DNA of 13,872 nt from an uncultured Clostridia bacterium (GTDB lineage: Bacteria > Bacillota > Clostridia > Christensenellales > Aristaeellaceae): positions 1-13,872 of the forward strand of contig CALCTW010000003.1 of assembly GCA_937907055.1 (NCBI GenBank). Direction: 5' to 3'. The notes under the pieces are model-generated. The model was not told where the DNA came from. It searched no databases and saw only the letters and a program-made list of their open reading frames with translations. Below are positions 12,703 through 13,872 of the stretch, piece by piece. The position numbers and the translations under genes are program-made. Within the stretch, counting starts at the first letter, position 1. Each line of letters starts with the position of its first letter.

Positions 12703-13872
12703 ATGAAAAAACGGATGCTCAGTCTGCTCATCGCCTTCATGCTCGTCTGCTCGTCAATGCCGGCAGTTTTTTCCGAGTCTGAAGGGCTGGACGAACCTGC
12801 GGAGGTCGTCAGCACAGAACAGGTGACGGAGACCAGCGAAGAACAGCCTGCCGTAACGGAGGCTGCCGAAGAAACGCCCGTCACGGCTGAAGAGGAGCCC
12901 TCTGTTGTCGAGAACGTGACGGATGCTCCGGTCGTGGAAGAGACCGTTCAGGAGGAAGTCGTTTCCGAAGCGGAAGAGATCGTTGAAGAAGTTTCCGAAG
13001 ACGACGCTTCTGAAGAAGACGCTTCCGAAGAAGAAGTCATCGCGGCCGCCGAGAATGATCCGGCCGTCTACACCGTCAACACCTGGGGCATCAAGCACCT
13101 CACGGCGGACGCGCCCGCGTCTGTGACGGAAGGCAATGCCGTTACGATCGCGCTGACCGCTGAAGAAGGCTACGCGCTGCCCGGCAGCGTCACCCTCACG
13201 ATCGGCGGAAACGGCGTATCCGTGAAGAGCCTCACCCGCGCGGAAGCGGAAGAACTGCGCGAAAAGAACGAACTGCCCGAGGACGCGATCCTCTACTACA
13301 CCGATTCCGGTAAGCTCGTGATCCCCGCCGCGCGCGTGACCGGCGATATCGTGCTGAACGCCGAGGGCGTGCTGATCGAAGAAGAGATCGAAGACTATAA
13401 CAAACTTATCGATAAAAAGGCAAAAGAAGTCGATGCGGCAAAGAACCGCGAGGCTACTCAGCTGGAAAAATACCGTACAAGGGTCCGTGCCATGGAGGAA
13501 AACGGAGGCTATAATATCCTTGCCATTGTTTTGAAGGCGGGGAATTTTTCCCAGCTTCTGACAGCAATGGACGACATGGGCGAGATCATGCAGAGCGATA
13601 AGCAGCTTCAGCGTGATTATGCCGCTGCCCGCGAAGAGACGGAAGAGATTAAGGCTCAGTACGAGGAAGAAAAGGCCGGATACGAGGCTCAGCAGAAGAT
13701 CCTTGAACAGGAACAGGATGAGATCAGCAAGCAGATAGAAAGCGCGTCAGAGCTTCTTGAGAGCCTTGACGAAGAAATAGAAAAAGCCATGGAGCTTTAT
13801 AAGAAATACGATGTATACGTTATTTCCGACGAGATCTGGTCTGATATCCTTCTGAACGGAAACCGTCATATT
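12703..13872 (+). CDS. Partial (3'-open) secreted protein: signal peptide, acidic E/V/T/S-rich linker, beta-rich domain, CwlO/PcsB-like coiled coil, then an aminotransferase-like tail. Possibly mosaic or chimeric.
   Basis: Not in the ORF track because no stop is reached. I translated 390 codons by hand from ATG 12703 (GAGG at 12691-12694) with no stop to the window end. Segments in order: MKKRMLSLLIAFMLVCSSMPAVFS/ESEG signal; EEQPAVTEAAEETPVTAEEEPSVVENV...SEDDASEEDASEEE; AVYTVNTWGIKHLTADAPASVTEGNAVTIALTAEEGYALPGSVTLTIGG; YRTRVRAMEENGGYNILAIVLKAGNFSQLLTAMDDMGEIMQSDKQL, which resembles CwlO RVRSLQESGGSQGYIDVLLGSTSFGDFISR; and the end DEEIEKAMELYKKYDVYVISDEIWSDILLNGNRHI. Confidence 0.65.
   Translation, partial: MKKRMLSLLIAFMLVCSSMPAVFSESEGLDEPAEVVSTEQVTETSEEQPAVTEAAEETPVTAEEEPSVVENVTDAPVVEETVQEEVVSEAEEIVEEVSEDDASEEDASEEEVIAAAENDPAVYTVNTWGIKHLTADAPASVTEGNAVTIALTAEEGYALPGSVTLTIGGNGVSVKSLTRAEAEELREKNELPEDAILYYTDSGKLVIPAARVTGDIVLNAEGVLIEEEIEDYNKLIDKKAKEVDAAKNREATQLEKYRTRVRAMEENGGYNILAIVLKAGNFSQLLTAMDDMGEIMQSDKQLQRDYAAAREETEEIKAQYEEEKAGYEAQQKILEQEQDEISKQIESASELLESLDEEIEKAMELYKKYDVYVISDEIWSDILLNGNRHI

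Noticed and set aside
12754-13126. ORFs 12754..13098 (-), 12663..12884 (-) and 12923..13126 (+) within the acidic-linker region
   Set aside because: They are frame and strand shadows of the GAA/GAG-rich coding sequence, giving Phe/Leu/Arg-rich or Lys/Arg/Ser-rich products. The frame from ATG 12703 has an RBS, a promoter and a signal peptide.
1-13872. Looked for CRISPR repeats, tRNA/rRNA, IS/transposase or integrase genes, long inverted or direct repeats flanking the 1.6-2.4 kb AT-rich patch, and toxin-antitoxin or defence gene pairs
   Set aside because: By eye I found no regularly spaced repeats, no cloverleaf-like or rRNA-like segments, no recombinase-like ORF and no flanking repeats. The only repeat family is the 246-nt-spaced peptide cassette. 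A computational repeat and tRNA scan would be needed to be definitive.

Overview
GC-rich window. 60-nt lines counted by hand give about 65% G+C in coding regions and 32-40% in the 1.65-2.4 kb accessory patch. GGAGG-type ribosome-binding sites, hairpin plus T-run terminators and gene content suggest a high-GC Clostridia (Oscillospiraceae/Ruminococcaceae-like) chromosome; that taxonomic guess is inference only.

Layout:
(a) 116-1567 (-): a secreted papain-fold (clan CA) cysteine protease resembling the IdeS/Mac family.
(b) 1856-2332 (+): two tandem paralogous small genes encoding double-glycine (GG) leader peptides. Their leaders are almost identical at nucleotide level and their cores have diverged. 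Each has a conserved GGCAC-N3-GTGCC hairpin upstream, and the pair ends in its own terminator.
(c) 2551-5293 (-): argH and argG, each with its own promoter, separated by a terminator.
(d) 5545-12499 (+): a tightly packed, often start/stop-overlapping nine-gene string. It encodes a HAD phosphatase, a zinc-ribbon membrane protein, a Nudix hydrolase, a SAM methyltransferase, a TSUP/TauE permease, a DmpA/S58 peptidase, 5-formyl-THF cyclo-ligase, a YjbR/MmcQ protein and a HAD-tyrosine phosphatase fusion.
(e) 12703 to the window end (+): an open-ended secreted-protein gene missing from the ORF track. Its last ~500 nt switch codon usage abruptly and read in frame through a CwlO/PcsB-like coiled coil into an aminotransferase-like fragment.

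The best candidate for something undescribed is the orphan GG-leader peptide pair with its structured 5' elements, sitting divergently next to the secreted cysteine protease. No tRNA, rRNA, CRISPR array or transposase was recognised. All homology statements come from motif recognition by eye, not from searches.
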